DNA from: Chrysomallon squamiferum
Lineage: Eukaryota > Animalia > Mollusca
NCBI GenBank assembly: GCA_012295275.1
Contig: CM022679.1
Span: 11,098,001-11,162,000 of the forward strand
Reading direction: 5' to 3'
Length of the DNA: 64,000 bases
Positions 1 through 15,691 of the stretch are shown here, one piece after another. Under the pieces are notes generated by a model. The model saw only the letters and a list, made by a program, of their open reading frames with translations, was not told the origin of the DNA and searched no databases. The stretch's first letter is position 1, and every line of letters starts with the position of its first letter. A program made the position numbers and the translations under genes.

Positions 1-2400
1 AAAACTTCTTAGCGTTATTTTCGTAAAACAAACAAAAAGAACAAAACGTAGTATTAAAATATAAGTCGGTAATATTTATCTATAGAATCTGAAGTTAAAG
101 CTGCAGGTTATACTGAAAATCCATATATCTATTTAAAATGTATTTTAGAAGAAAACAATCACGGCAAAGGTATGTTAAATAAATAAATAAAAAACAAAAT
201 AAAATTTTGAAAAATTTTGAAAAATTGAAATAAAATGAAAAATTACGTTTTAAACAACGTTAAATTTCGAATAGATCCGATCAGCTTTCTGATTTTTTTC
301 ACTGATCCCTGAGATAAATCCTGGTTTATAATTAATGGTGTTGTGTAACATGACGAGATGTGAAACTTGCAGGATTGGCAATGCTTTATGCTTGTTCTCT
401 CGCGCCCTGCTTTTACAGCTGGTCTCGCCCAATCAGCGAAACTAAAATAAGTTTTATTCCATTGAATTCCTACAGTGACGAATCGAAAGATTACGGCATG
501 TTTTTTTCCTGACTAGTGGACGGTACATTTCAAAAGAATCTTTTGCTTAGTGTAGTCCATAAAAAAGGCAAAGAAGGATTAATTTCTGGAGATAGATTTT
601 TCATTCGATAACTGTCAGTGCACGTTATTCAGTACATTGAATATGCGATTAAATCGCAGTATCAGCTTTCGAGCAGTTCCTGAATAATGTTATACAGTCA
701 GAACGTTTCAACGGAAAAGGCTACTTAAATACCTCATCTAATGATTATAACAGAAATCAGAAATCATCAATTTAAAGAAACATAAAAACGACATTTCTGA
801 ATCATAGATTACAGAAGTTAGACAAATGCGTTTATAATTTTTCATGATACTGATTTTTGCCTGAGCATGTTAATTTTTTGAAATCACAGGGAATGGAATC
901 AAAATGAAGCTAACGACATAAGGAATATGAGTATTTCTATAATTAACTAACCCGAAATATGATTATGCTTTCCTGTCCATGGGAAGGTGAATTTAAAAAA
1001 TGAATTCTTGATGATATCTGTCCTAATTCTCGTTTATTTCGAACCAGTAATAAAATATTATGAACACATAAAAATAAAAAAATATATTTTTTAAAATCCC
1101 CAAAAATCAACAAAAAAATCCAACAGTTTATTTTAATATAACGATTTTAAATTTTATTTTATGACAAATGTATTTTATATATTTATTGAAATTTCTTCTG
1201 AATTTATTTTCGAAACGTGCTCTGTCACTTTTTTTTTTTTTATTATTTTTTTTTCATACAGATTTATGAACATATAGTATTTGTTTTTGTTGTCTTTGGT
1301 TTTAGAATTTAGATACTAAGTATATATACACTAATTATATAATATAGCGATTAATATTTCAAATAAAGCATCTTTGACATAAATGACTGTCATAAGTTAA
1401 CAGACGAAATCTGGATCTGAAACACAAACTTCTCAGTTATAAAAAAGTTTACATTATGCTAGTATTCAGAACTAACATCTCAACCAGTACCGACCATTCT
1501 AAAACAAATCAAAGTCATGTAGACACGACAGGCAAATCCAATAGTTATTAGTAAGATTATTTGTAATAAAATTTAGGTTTCAATTCTGTGCAAATGGCCA
1601 CAATCTTTTGCATGTAAATTAACATTTCTTCATTACATTTTAATATTGACCGTTATTCGGTGTCAATCAATTCTTTGTCCCGCCCACGGCAACATTCTAG
1701 TTTTGTATGTGACTATCGATCGCCGATTTGATAATACACGTAATGTTAAATCATTCCTTGATTTTCAGTTATAATCTTTTTGAAATTGATAAGATGCGTT
1801 AAATACATCTATTCGCCATTACTGAAAATACTACCATTGATCTTAAAATGCAATGGACAATGATAAAATTGGTTCCTAAAGGTATATTAACACTACATCA
1901 TTTACAGGATCATTATAATGTCTGGTTACGATTGAACTAATCAAAACCTGAAAAAAATTAGAATGCACTGAAAAATGAAGATAACAAAATGTATGTTACC
2001 TTTACACAAACTAATAAGCTGTAAGCGATTATAAAAAAAAAAAAAAAAAAATCGTTCCAATGAGTCGCACAAAGGTTACCTTCCTTTAAAGTTTTTGATT
2101 GACTTTGCGGTTATCACTGAATCAGTATGTTCGGTATATATATCACGGTTATCATTATTATTGTATTTGTAAACATGTCAGTGGATAAGCTCCTGGCTCG
2201 CGCTGTATGTCAAATAAAATATTATGTACGTTGTTGTGATTGGACTTTTTAAATAGATTTTGCGATTTCGTGTATCACCTCAGAAAATGCGCCAGTCTCT
2301 CTGAAGCCGTTCACAGTTATGTCTTTGTTTTATACTAGTCTGTAACGTGAACTCAAGATGAGTTTTAAATGTTCCTCGCTTATCTGATTATTGGGTGCGG

Positions 2401-2700
2401 CATTTTTTTTTTTATTATTTTTTATTTATTTTATTTTATTTTATTTTATTTTATTTTATTTTATTTATTATTTCATTTTATTTTTATTTATTATTTATTT
2501 ATTATTTCATTTTATTTTTATTTATTTATTATTTCATTTTATTTTTATTTATTTATTTATTTATTTATTTACGCTTTTTATTATTATTATTATTTTTTTT
2601 CTTCTTCTTCTTCTTCTTCTTCTTATTATTATTATTATTATTATTATTTTTATTTTTATTTTTATTTGCCTTTTTTGATAATTAATTGATTTGTTTGTTT
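2401..2700. repeat. T-rich low-complexity tract: (TTTTA)n, (TTTA)n, (CTT)n, (TTA)n
   Basis: Directly visible; explains the overlapping F/Y/I/L ORFs. Confidence 0.9.
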
Positions 2701-4100
2701 TACTTTATTATTTGTACATTTATCATTATTAAATTATTATTAGTATTAATTTCTGTTTGGTATACTTTTTACTTATGTATTTACTTATTCATTCATTTAT
2801 TCATTCATTCATTCATTTTTTTTTTTTTATTTACTTATTTATTTTGTTTGTGATTTTGTTCGTTTCGTTTCAACATTTATTGTTCGTTTTGTTAATAAAT
2901 TTTATTTATTAATTTGTACATATATATACACTTTTTAAAATTTGTATACTTGTTTCTTGATTTATTATTTGTATTTGTGTTAGTAATCTCGCTGTTATTG
3001 TTGTTGTCGTTGCTGCTGTTGTTTTATTTCTAAAAAAAATTCTTGTCGCTCTTTTCTCTTCTTTTTTTTGATGTTTTTTATTTTTTACTTTTTTATTCAC
3101 ATGCTTTTTTTGTTTTGTTATTATTATCTATGTTAAGATGCATTATTTATTTATTTATCTGTCTATTTGTCTCTTTATTTCTCTATGTATCTCTGTATTT
3201 ATCTGTGTATCTGTCCGTCTATCCATCTATCTATAGTTATTTAATTTTAACAATAAATATATAACATTTTTTATATAAAATTATTATTATGTCCATTACG
3301 ATACATTATTTATTCATGTCTCTACCTGTCTCTCTATCTTTCTATTTATTTGTATCTATGTGTATATCTATGTATCTATCTATTTGTCTGTCTATCTATT
3401 TCTCTATATATTTAGTAATTTAGCTATTTATTTATTATTTATTTATATTTTGTTTACTTTATATATATATATATATATTTATATTTTTTTTTTTTTTTTT
3501 TTTTTTTTATGGGATGCTAATTTATTTGTAATCATTGTGTTTAATGTAAGTTTAGATACACTGACTGTAATATTATTTTTGCTCAAATTTTTAACTAACT
3601 TTACAGACGGGGTTCAGTATTTCAAAACTATGTTACATAGTCTTATTTTATCTGAACAACTCACGTACGTGGGTTTTGCTGTCTTCTTCAAGAATCCACC
3701 TATCACTTTTGTCCACGAGTGAAAATCTCAGTTTTTCTCAGCGCTGGTTTTTGCCAAGGTCCCCATTTTAAACTTTATGAAACGAGTAAATATTGTAATA
3801 AAAACAATCAACAAATATTCATCGATTTTTGCCACATCACACATTCTGAAAACCAGTCCTGTTGATGCTTTTGTCAATATAAGTTTTAGTGTCAACAATT
3901 GAGACAAAACCAGGAAAGATTTATTGGCTATTTGTTTTTTTTTTTTTTGTTCTCATTATTTTGTCAGTTGTATCAAAAACATAAAATTTTGGTACTAGCG
4001 TAAATTATTTGGTGATGTTTTGTTTGGCTTATTTCAAAAATCATTATTTATTTATTTATTTATTTTATTTTATTTTATTTTATTTTATTTAATTTTTAAT

Positions 4101-4157
<57 letters not shown>

Positions 4158-5951
4158 TTTTTATTTTTACTTTAGTTGTTTTTTTCTGTATATTTTTAAA
4201 TTATAAATTATTTATTCATTTATTTATTTATTTGTTTGTTTCTTTGTTTGTTTGTTTCTTTGTTTGTTTCTTCTTTCTTTCTTTCTTTTTTCTTTTAAAA
4301 AAAAGAAAAAATTATTTCCTTTTCTAATTATTTATTTCTGTTTTCTTATATTTCTATTTAGCTAAATAATATACACTTTATTATTGTTGTTGTTGTTGTT
4401 TTAAGTAGAAAATTGCCGAAATTTATACTAATATTAATATTTTCAGTATTTATATTTAAAATTATACAAACATACACTCATTTGTTATTGTTTCTTTCTT
4501 TGTTTTTTTATGTTGTTGTTGTTGCTGTTGCTTTCCTTAATATTAATTACAAAATATATCGATTACACATTTTATATAATTATTTATAACGTTTCGGTTT
4601 TCATAAATAATATTTACCAGTTTATTATTACATGTATTATTATTATTATTATTGTTATTTATTTATTTATTTATTTTTTTTTTTTATTCAAAGATATAGT
4701 TCACCCTAAATAATAAGGAAATACATTTTAATTTTACATCATAAAAAATCAAACAGTAATTCTAAAAATAAATAAATAAATAAATTTAACAAAACTTCAA
4801 TTTTTAAAGTTTAACGAAAATGTGTTCAAATTTTGAGCGTATTGTTAGTGTTAAATTATTTTTCTATATTTATTTAATTTATATATATATATGTTTTTGT
4901 ATAAAGATAAATGCATTACAGTTCTTTTCAGAGAAAACATGACTGCAACAGATAAGTATTATTATCTAGCGAATAGAAAGTTATTCTGATAAATTTCTAT
5001 TTGCGGAATGAATGTAAGGTTTGTATTTCAGGAAAACAATAATTTTCTTTCTTCTTTTCCTTTTTTTTTTTTTTAATTATTTATTTATTTATTTATATAT
5101 TTTTTAATAATAAAAATTTACGTCAATACATTTGTTGTTTCTTTTTCTCTCTTTCCTCCCTTCCTGCATATATTATTTATTTATTTATTTGTAAAAAAAA
5201 ATATTTCAATTATTTTATAAATTGCTAATTTAAAACAACAACAGCAATAATAATAATGATGATAGAAAAACAAAATGTTATCTTTGTAAATTTGTTATTT
5301 CTTCCTTTTTTATGTTCAGTTTAAAGAACAAAAAAAAAATAAATAAATAAATAAATAAATAAACCAGTGACTGTGGTGGTAGGAAAATATGTTTATGATT
5401 TTATGCATCCAAAAACATTGTTAAAAATTAATGATAAAACTGAAGAAAAAAAAAAAAAGGAGTTTTCACAAATAATCAGAATCTCAATGAAAAAACAAAA
5501 ACAAATCGGGTTTGACAACAGAAGATTTGCATGTTAGTTTTCTGAACCTCGTGTTAATTTTAGTGTGTGCGTTCATCATTGGGACGTGTTTGTCAAGAGA
5601 GGACTGTTCAAACTGAGTCCAATTTGTGCAACAAATTTGAACATCTCCACAAATGTCCAAAAACTACGATGAAGAGAAGGACCTTCGCCGTGAACTCATT
5701 TTTGATGTTGACAGATGACAAGACGCAAGTTTGTATCAACATTTTGTCATCAGAAGTTGGCAATTTGGCTTTAGCGACCTTTTAGAAACATCAGGTTCAA
5801 ATCAAGGTTAATTTCCAAATTTCATTTGTCGTGAACTTAATAAAATATACACCGAGAGACTTTTTGACGTTTATATTACGTCATTTTGGTAGTAAACGTT
5901 TGGTCTATATCAAGAAACGTGTCCTTTTTATTTTTTATTTGTCAGTTTCTT

Positions 5952-5957
<6 letters not shown>

Positions 5958-6009
<52 letters not shown>

Positions 6010-6026
6010 TACATACATATATATAT

Positions 6027-6063
<37 letters not shown>
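5958..6063. repeat. (TA)n/(CA)n microsatellite
   Basis: Directly visible. Confidence 0.95.
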
Positions 6064-6064
<1 letters not shown>

Positions 6065-8293
6065 TATTGCTATTATTTATTTATTTACTTACTTATTTAT
6101 TTTATTATTATTTTTTATTTTATATTTTTTTAATAGCAGTTAAAATAATAAAATATCAATTAAACTGTAATGGTATTTGGAGTGGCAGTATATACTATTA
6201 AATAAGATGTTTCTTATATAGTTTGTTTAAATGAGTTATAGTTCGTGAAAGTGAAAAACAACAAGTAATACCCTAGGTATGTCTGGGATGTTAAAAAAGC
6301 TATCTTCATTTACTTAGTAACTTACCGAGCTCAAATCTCGTTGTTAGACAAGGTTGCCTTCTTTTGACTTTCTCAAACGATTGTCTTACTTGAGACCTTT
6401 GTTATCAGCAGACCAGCAAAAGTGACCACAAGAAAGATCTTAGTGGAATTCTGTAAGCCCTTAACAAACGAGGGATAAAAAATAGCGTTCATAATCTCTG
6501 ACCAGCGAATTGGTTTTAAATTATTTATAAGCTGTTGTTGTTCTTTGCTAAATAAAAATAGTTTTTATATACGAGATCTCCTGAATTTTTTAAATTTAAA
6601 AAAAAAGAAAATTTGATTTTGTTTTGAATTTTAAAAAAAAAAAAAAAAAAATAAATTTTTTTTTTTTTTTTTGTCGGTTACATTTGTGAACAATGGTCCA
6701 TCTACATAATGTATTATATATTATTCTGTATCCTTTCTGAATTCATGATATCTTAATTCATTTCAATATTAAGCGGTTACTCGAATATAAATATATGGTT
6801 TTGGTATAATTAGGAGATGAAAATTCAAATCTGTTTCCGTCACGCCCTGGGCTACTTTTATTCATAGCGGTTAGAGGTGTTTTATATTCACCATGGCGTA
6901 AGAAAAGGGCCTTTGATAAGTCAGTTCGGAGAATGGCTGATAAAGGAAGTAACTCGATGGACGACCTGGGAGATTTGATCCTGAGGCCTACCATGCTTCA
7001 CACTAGCGAGTCAAGCGCTTCTGAGTTTCAGCCAAGTTTTGCTAGTTTTGAAAGTCGCATCGCCTTAACTGCGTCAGTGTGTTATTCATTCTGGTGTTTA
7101 AAGAACAAGACGACATTAATTATCTTTACGCCTACGCACAGACACGCGCGTCACAGCGATACTGTCCACTGTGTGGTTAAACACGGGCTTTCGTAATGTC
7201 CTTTCCTAATCCTTGTTGTAATGTTTTCGACAATGACGCTAAGTCGCGAACTAACACGTCTTGGGATTAGACGGTCGCCAGGAGGTTTTTAGAAGAAAAA
7301 CAACAATCCTTTAGCTTGACGTTAAATGCGCCATGTTCTCTCTTCTAACGGTACTAACGAACGTATCTGTTTACTACACGGTTACTTGCGAGCAGAACGC
7401 TGAAATATCACGTATCAGTTGATTGTTACGTTTAATTGTCTCGTCATTGTTTTGCTGTCAGATTAATGGGCCGTGTTTTACAAGAGTTCTATTGAAATTT
7501 CAGATGTTGGTGGATTTTCCGAGAGATTTGTATCAGAGACGAAGGATTCTCCGAGAACGAGATGAACTTAATTGTTTTAATCTCGGCGGATTGGAAGGGA
7601 TCATCTGTACAAACATGTCCGTTTTATCTGAGAATTATTATCTGAGAAAAATACCCACACATACATAAAATACTTACGTACACTGTACATGAATGAAAAT
7701 GCACACGGATATAAACACATGCGCACAGACACACTATTTATGTTGGACAATGCACTAAGTCGACCAATAATTTCAGGTTTCTCTTTTGTTTTATTAGTGC
7801 ATATTAATATATAATTCTATATTTTAATTATTTATTTATTTATTTATTTTTTTTTTTTTTTTTTTTTTTCATTTGCTGGTTAATGTTTATTTATTTTACT
7901 ATTTATAAATTGATATATGCAAGTACATATTTGTTGCATAAACATATGCTGATTTTCATTTGTTTGTTGGGGTTACATTTTATTTTTTTTTTTTTTTTTT
8001 GTTTGTTGTTAGGTTCTTTTTTGTGGGGTTAAAAAAAAATATGTTTTATGTGTTTGTGGTTTTTGTTTTTGTTTTTTGTTTGTTGTTGTTTTAAAGTGAA
8101 AAGTCGTTTTCTATTAGTCAGAAAGTTTCAGTATATAATTATAATTATAACTTCACTCTGTGACATATTATCTTCGCCTCCTCTGTGTCATTTATTACTT
8201 GATACCGTCAGATTGTTCATAAAACAAGCCAGAGCGACGAATAATAAAACCACTGACATGACGACTTGCTACAGACTGGACATGATACTGAAA

Positions 8294-8409
8294 GGATCCA
8301 AGGCTTGATGAAGATGGCGTGCGCCGCCTCCCCTAATCTTCTTAAAAGTTATTTTCACCACAGATGACATCATCAAAAACCTTTTTTTGAAATCTTGGAT
8401 CCGCTCCTG
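8294..8409. mobile_element. Possible short degenerate MITE with GGATCC-type termini
   Basis: GGATCCAAG (8294) ... CTTGGATCC(GCTCCTG) (8394-8409) inverted ends. A similar GGATCCGCCC half-site lies at ~29393. Confidence 0.3.
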
Positions 8410-9794
8410 TGAAGCAGTTGACACCGTACTAAGATTTGTGACAGAACTAAGCCAGGTTTTCTGAGTCGAGTGCTGTATAAAAATGACGTCATTTCTTCTT
8501 CATCTCGGTGACAGTCGGTGGATAAAATCTGAGAGGAGTTGACGTGTTACCAGTGTCGGAGATGACTGGTTCTCGTACGTGTTATTTAGAGACGTCGTGG
8601 TTACGAGTTAAACTGCGAACACCTTTGAAGATCCTGTCGTCTTCCGCCATTTTTTTTTTTTTTTTTTTTTTAGCAGACTATTAAATAATTATTCTGGTAT
8701 GTTTGTTGTTGTTGTTTTTGGGTTGTTTTTTTTGTTTTGTTTTTTGGGGTTGTTTATTTATTTATTTATTTATTATTATTATTTTTCAATTTATTTTTTT
8801 GTTTTTTCACTTTGTAAAATTTTTTTAAAATTTCTGCTCTAAAACGAAAAGCAAATAGAAGATTATTTTCAAAAGTAAATCATTTCATATCAAACGTTTG
8901 GATCGTTTTTACATAATAACCAAGAGAAATAATATAACTTATATAATAATCATCACAGCCTGTACCAGTGCTATAACTGGTTGCAGGATCAGTTCCTATT
9001 GGCACTCCCATTTAACTATTTACTGTTCCGTCCAATGAACAGCAGCTGATTTATCAAAGACAGATAAAAATACTTTCCACTCTGCGTGCAAACGGAGCAC
9101 AGAAACGTAAAAGAAAATTTTCTGATAAGAGTAATCGAGAAACTGGCTGACGGTTTTCTGAGATATGTCATAATTACTCAAATCGTATATTTCTAAATCA
9201 CTGCTAACAGTAAATACTTTGGTAACTATCAGTTGTTTCCATCACATTCTGTTTACGTCATCTCCTCTTTCATTGCTAAATACACTTCTTCTGCTACTAC
9301 AACTGCTGCTATTTCTACTTCTACCGTACCACCACTGTCACCACCACTACATCTACTAAAACCACAGTCACGGTCACCAGAACACCACCGCTACCACTAT
9401 TACTATTATTAATACAACCACTACTACTACTAATACTAATACTTTAAAAAAAAAAAATTAAAGAAACGAAAATAAAAAAAATAAAAAATGTCGACGAAAT
9501 GAAAATTTAACCAAGCAATTAACAATAACTGCGCAGCATTCACTCTGACTACCAAGGTGAGAAAAGTAATAATCTTTTTGTTTAAAAAAAGTAATAAATA
9601 GTTTTGCTCAAAAATATGCTTTAGGGAGATTCCCTTCGTCACGTGATCAATGGTCATATGTTCCTGTCACTCATAATTATTTGCGGAATCGCCACGTGCT
9701 ATACAGGAAATGACATCGCGCCATCTTGGACCAGGTACCATGTCAGTCAGACAGTCTTGTTGCTTGTCAAACAAGCCTTTCTTCTCGACAATCT

Positions 9795-9840
<46 letters not shown>

Positions 9841-10570
9841 TTTTTTTTTTTTGCTTAGACTCGCATATTCAACTTCTTGGGACCAAATAATAATGACAAA
9901 TCTAGAAACACGAAAGTGGGAAAACAGAAAGTTTAGGAACCGATCCAAGATTTCAGAGAGAGAAAAGGATTTGTAGTCATGACCTGTAATGTAGGTGACT
10001 TTCAAAGATGAAATAACTTTAATTTATATATTCTTTCTTCTTTGTGTATGACGGTGGCAGAAATCACAGTAAGCCGTCACATAGCTAACTTCTCGACGAT
10101 GTGGAACAAATCAAAGCAGATGATAAATGTATCATCATTCATTTTTTTGTTGTTGTTGTATGTCTGGTGGCAAAAAGCGACACAAGTGACATTTATTATT
10201 GATATAATATGTCATAGTCCATACTAAACTGTCTGAGTTTTCTTTTTCTTCTGGTTTTTTTTTTTTTTAATTTTTTTTTTATTCACCTGTATCAAAGATT
10301 TCTTCTCGTTGGTTTTACAGGTTTTTTTTAACATTGTTAGTAAAATGTTGTTTAAGATTGATCGTTTGTTTATTTTAATCTGGTTTCTTTAAGGAGAATT
10401 TATTTATTTATTTATGCATTTTTGTTTTGGTTGTTTTGTTGTATCTTTGTCTGTTTGTTTGTTTTGGTGTTTTTTTTGTTGTTGTTGTTATTGTATTTGT
10501 AATATTAATAATAAAAATAATAATAATTATTATTATTATTATTGATGATGGTGGTGGTAATAGTAATTGC

Positions 10571-10578
10571 AGTAGTAA

Positions 10579-10647
<69 letters not shown>
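10571..10647. repeat. (AGT)n microsatellite
   Basis: Directly visible. Confidence 0.95.
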
Positions 10648-12559
10648 AAAATTGTAATAACAGATGCAGCAATAATAGTAACAGTAGTAACAGTAGCAGC
10701 AGCAGCAGAAGTAGTAATAACATAACAGTAGAATAAATCAGTTTCACTTTTTACTTTTCTTTCTTTTTTCCAGTGTGGACTTGTTCAACTTTCGTATGTT
10801 TACGGAACAATACGAGCTCAGCCGAAGAATTTAAAATATGATCGGATTGTTTCGCATCCTTTCGTCTTGTTACTTGAATGAGAAGAACCAATAATTGCTG
10901 CTTATCGTCATCTGAAGAATTCCGTATATCCGTGGAACTGATTTTAGAAATTTCGTTTATTCACGAAACTAATTCTACTTTAAGGATTCTTTTTTTTTTT
11001 CTTCTTGATTTTTTTTCTTCTCTTCTTTATACGAAAAAGAAGGGGAAAAAAAAATTTAAAAAGCTCAAAAAGAAAATTTGAAAGAAGTGTGTTACGATTG
11101 TCGAGTATGTGAACTTGACTAAATAAGACAATTCGAATAATGCAGTTACACAAATTTAATATTGATGATGATGATGATGATGGTGACTGTGATAGTGATA
11201 GTTGGTAATAAAACTTACAATTTTATTATATTTTTATTTTCCTTTTTTATTAAGCAGACAAAATGAAGATGAAAATAAAAAAACAAAAAGTTATGATACA
11301 TTTATCATAAAAATATATAATTTAATAAGAGGTGGTTGAATTTATTTAATTTATTTTACTATTCATTTTTTAATTATTTTATTTTTTTTTTTTTTCGTTT
11401 GTTTTTTTATTTTTTTGTTTATTCATAAGTTGTTTGTTTGTTTATTTTATTTTATTTTATTTTATTTTTTTTTTGTTTTGTGTTGCTGTTGTTGTTTCTA
11501 TTTTTTCCTTTTTTTTATAATTAAAAGAAAATTCTTTCATTATTTTTAGTCTCGGCATTCTAATTAATGAGTGTAAAATTAAATATATATATATATGTAA
11601 TTCATATATCACGATTCTTTTCGAAAATCGAATTAATGCTCTGTAAACGATCTGGCACATTTAGTCATTAAACGGAGAACAAGAATGAACAACAGACGAA
11701 ACAACCGAACGAAAAGAACAAAATATTGATGTCATCAGCTAATTCCAATTTACCTCACAGTTTTTCAAATTTCTTAACCTTACAAACGTGACCACCTCCC
11801 AAAACACGCCTCACCTCTTTTCTCAAGCCATGACCATGATTTAGCTGTCGCAAAAACTTCTAAAACTGCAGCAAATATGTTTATATTTACGTAAAGTGCC
11901 GATCCGACCCGAATGGTGCAAAAAACGTAACAGTTTTATATTCGTGTGCAAACATTCTCATTGATCTGCACAAAAATCTAATTTTTTTTCAAAAACACGT
12001 TCGTGTGTACTCAGAAAACTGAACATAATAAACCTTATAAATTACATTATTTTACTGATATTTATATGATTCAAAGGTTTAGTGTTAATAGGTAAAATTT
12101 TAAAATGACACATACCGAAATAAAAATTAATTTATTATATTGAATAAATTGTATGAAAAAAAAGTTACATTATACATCCATAGTTCAAACTATATGGTAA
12201 ATAATAATAATAGTAATAATAATAATAATAATAATAATATTAATAATAATAATAATAATTATAATATATATATATTATAATATATATATATTTGTTTAGA
12301 TTGATATTTACATGTAATTCCATATTCTACACACGAAAGCACGCGAGCACTCTCAAAAACACACACACAGTCGTTTTTATTTACCCATGCATGTTGCTAA
12401 ATCTTTTTAAACAACAGCTTGTAAATTATTTTCAGATCTGAACTGTTTTATCACACGAACACACTGGTTTAATTGCCTTTTAATGATTCGCTCATTTTAA
12501 CTAAACAAAACACACGCTGATATCTTAAAGAGCCGCAATACTATCAAATCAACTTCGAA

Positions 12560-12601
<42 letters not shown>

Positions 12602-13135
12602 TTTTTTTTTTTAATTTTTTTAAAATAAAATGCACGGTGAATTAATGTGTGTATCGTGAGCGAGTGCAGTCATTCTGCGCGCATCCTGCAAATTACATAC
12701 GTCTATTATCTACGTGTGGCGTAAAGGGAAAAAAAATTAGCGACACGTACCACGTAATAAACAGTTCGTTTTTCATTGAAAAGATCCTATTCGTTTAATT
12801 TGTTTCTTTACGCATGTGCAAGTCGTGTGTAACCAAGCCTGGCTAATCCGTCGTTTTAAAAAAACCATCAGCAGAAGTTCGGCTGGTACACCCCTATTTG
12901 TCCCCAGCCAGTCAAGTCCAACCAAAAAAAAAAAAAAAAAAATAGGTGGTGCATTTTGAATAATATTTCACCCACTTAAAACCCTCAGTGTATTACTGTA
13001 ATAATTTCGGGGTCTTTAAATTGTGATAAATGTCTGGGAAATGATCGTCTTTGTTCTTTGGACAAAACAAGAAGCGCAAAATGAAAAAGAAGAAGAAAAG
13101 TCCCGCGTCCTTCCAGATCATGATTTAAAAGGATT

Positions 13136-13166
<31 letters not shown>

Positions 13167-13596
13167 GAAAAAAAAAGGCTGGGCTATATTTTTTTTTTTT
13201 TGTATGACCGCACTGAAATGAATGAACAGTGCTTCTGCAGTTTGCTTGCACAGATGGAGACATTTGGTTGATATATCTTTAAAAAATTTTTTTTAAAAAT
13301 AGCAATAATTAAAAAATTATAAATATACAAAAAATAATTAACATTTAAACAATAATTTTAATATTTTTTTTAAGTCTTATTATTCACTTTCTAAGCGCAA
13401 ACGATGAGTTTGTAAATGAGAGAATTCATCAACTTTCAAAGTGAAATACTTTCAGTTCGCGGAACCGCTAAAATATTGAGATCGTTGATCAGTAAATAAT
13501 TAATTAATTAATCAGTTAAAAATGAAAGAATTTATTTAATTAAAATTATAATTCTTAAATATTTCAATATTTCAATGTCGATGGTACCACTTGTTG

Positions 13597-13599
<3 letters not shown>

Positions 13600-13631
<32 letters not shown>

Positions 13632-13710
13632 AGTCAAACAAACAAATAAATAAACAAAACAAATAAACAAACAAACACTAAATAAATAAACACACAAACA
13701 AACAAACAAA

Positions 13711-13765
<55 letters not shown>

Positions 13766-13766
13766 A
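13600..13766. repeat. (AG)n then (AAAC)/(AAAT)n microsatellites
   Basis: Directly visible. Confidence 0.9.
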
Positions 13767-14964
13767 TGCTATTGCGCAATCCAACGTATCAGTTGCAACG
13801 TTAAATACAAATTACGGTGATACTTTATCTCAGTGTACTGTTAGCGGAATCACCAAGTTTTTTATCTGATATATCAGAGATAAGACTGTGTAATACCCGA
13901 TAAATAACATTCGCGTATTTTACATACATTTACATCTAAAATTTCCTAAGCTGATTATCTTTACAGATGTAATTTTCTTAATATCATGAACCAGAATTTC
14001 TTTTCATGAAACCAACACGAAATTTAACATGTGTATAGGAATTAATGTTTTTAGCAACATTATACGAACATTTTTGAATGTGACTACTTTTTCGAATCTT
14101 CTATCAGTGGGTGTATATCTCGACACAGTCATTGTCTAAGTTTAGCAACTAGAGTTATTGCAAAGAAGATTAGTTGGTAGTTATTTGTTATCGGCCTAGG
14201 AAAACACAACATTGAATAATGACTTTTATACACGAACATAGATAATTAACCCACCCTTAAAATATATAATAAATAAACAAACAAACAAACAAATAAATAA
14301 ATAAATAAATAAATAAATAAACAAACTAACTAACTAACTTACTATCTAACTGATGTACGAACGTATTATCAAATAAATATATTAAATAAGAGTTCGGTGG
14401 ATTATGGATATGTCATTTTTCAAAAGGGGATGGTCTGAAAATAACGACTGCTAACGATTTATCATGATTTAAAATGCTGACCTCAAAGAAACGAAGAAAC
14501 AGATATCGTCTTATGTATGTACAAAAGTACAGAACGAATATTACTGTGTGCACGCACAGGTACATTTTATATAATGATAATAATCCTGTCTTGACCCTTT
14601 CTTTCCAATTCATGCAATCTCGTCATTCCAAATTCCAAGACAGTATCAGTTTAGTTTTCGCTTAGGACATTCCGCCTCGTTTTAAAACTGTTCACTTCAG
14701 CTGCAAGAGCTTGGGTTTTAAATTTGAGACAATGAAAACCAACAACTTAACGTTTGTTTCTAAGTAGTTGGAGAATTTTGATTAAACCATCATGTGTTAC
14801 AGAATCATCGTTTTTATTAGTTAAAACACAGAGTTTTCCAAGTTATGGGAAGGCATATATAAAATAATTGCTGTTGCTAATTTAGAAAAGTAGCTAATGG
14901 AATAAGAATAAAGGGTTTCTTCTATCATAAAAACGTTACGAAAACAAAACAACAACAAAATAAC

Positions 14965-15003
<39 letters not shown>

Positions 15004-15691
15004 TTGTGCTAATTTGTTCACAAATATTTTCATTTTTAAACAGATATTTCATTCTTCAGTTATTCAAAAAATTAATTTAAATTTAAAAGTTTTATACGTT
15101 TTCTTTTTCTTTGTTTCATAGTCATTTCTTGCATATACTGATCGTATATATTGATACCGAAACTCCTACTTACATGTTTTATAATACCAAGATTTGTATA
15201 TTTCCAAGTCAAAACCTGTTATTGTGTTTTGTAGTCCTTTCTTCGATTTTCATTCTTTTCTTTTCTTTCTTTCCTTATTTATTTATTTATTTACTTTTAT
15301 TTTTATTCTTCCCCTTTTTCTGTTGTATTATTGTAGTATTGTTTTATAATTTGTTTGGTTCTTTTGTGTTCTGTGTTTAAAATTTCATTGATCTTTTAAG
15401 TAAATAGCCATTAAAACAAACAAATAAATTGTAAAAAATAAGAAACTCAAAGAGACAGAAAACAAGAAAAGAAAAAATGCTAAATTTCACTGATTATATT
15501 TCAGTTTTAAAAAATATTTAAATGTAGAAAGTAAAAAAGAAAGTTAGATAGACAGAGAGAAAAAAAGGCGAATACAGAAGGAAAGAAAGAGAGAAAAGAC
15601 AGAGAAAATGATTTCACCATTTCAGTTATAAAAATAATTGATAAAACAAATAAAATACAATTCCAAGAATAGTTTCAAAAATGTATAAATG

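Noticed and set aside
2369-4713. Hydrophobic F/Y/I/L-rich ORFs (also at 29008, 36870, 41009-41521, 43592, 51917 and elsewhere)
   Set aside because: Translations of microsatellite or low-complexity DNA, open in several frames at once, with no domain signal.
6758-7668. ORFs 6758, 6933 and 7423 as exons of a third gene
   Set aside because: No recognisable motif and no consistent splice chain; treated as a CpG-rich non-coding island.
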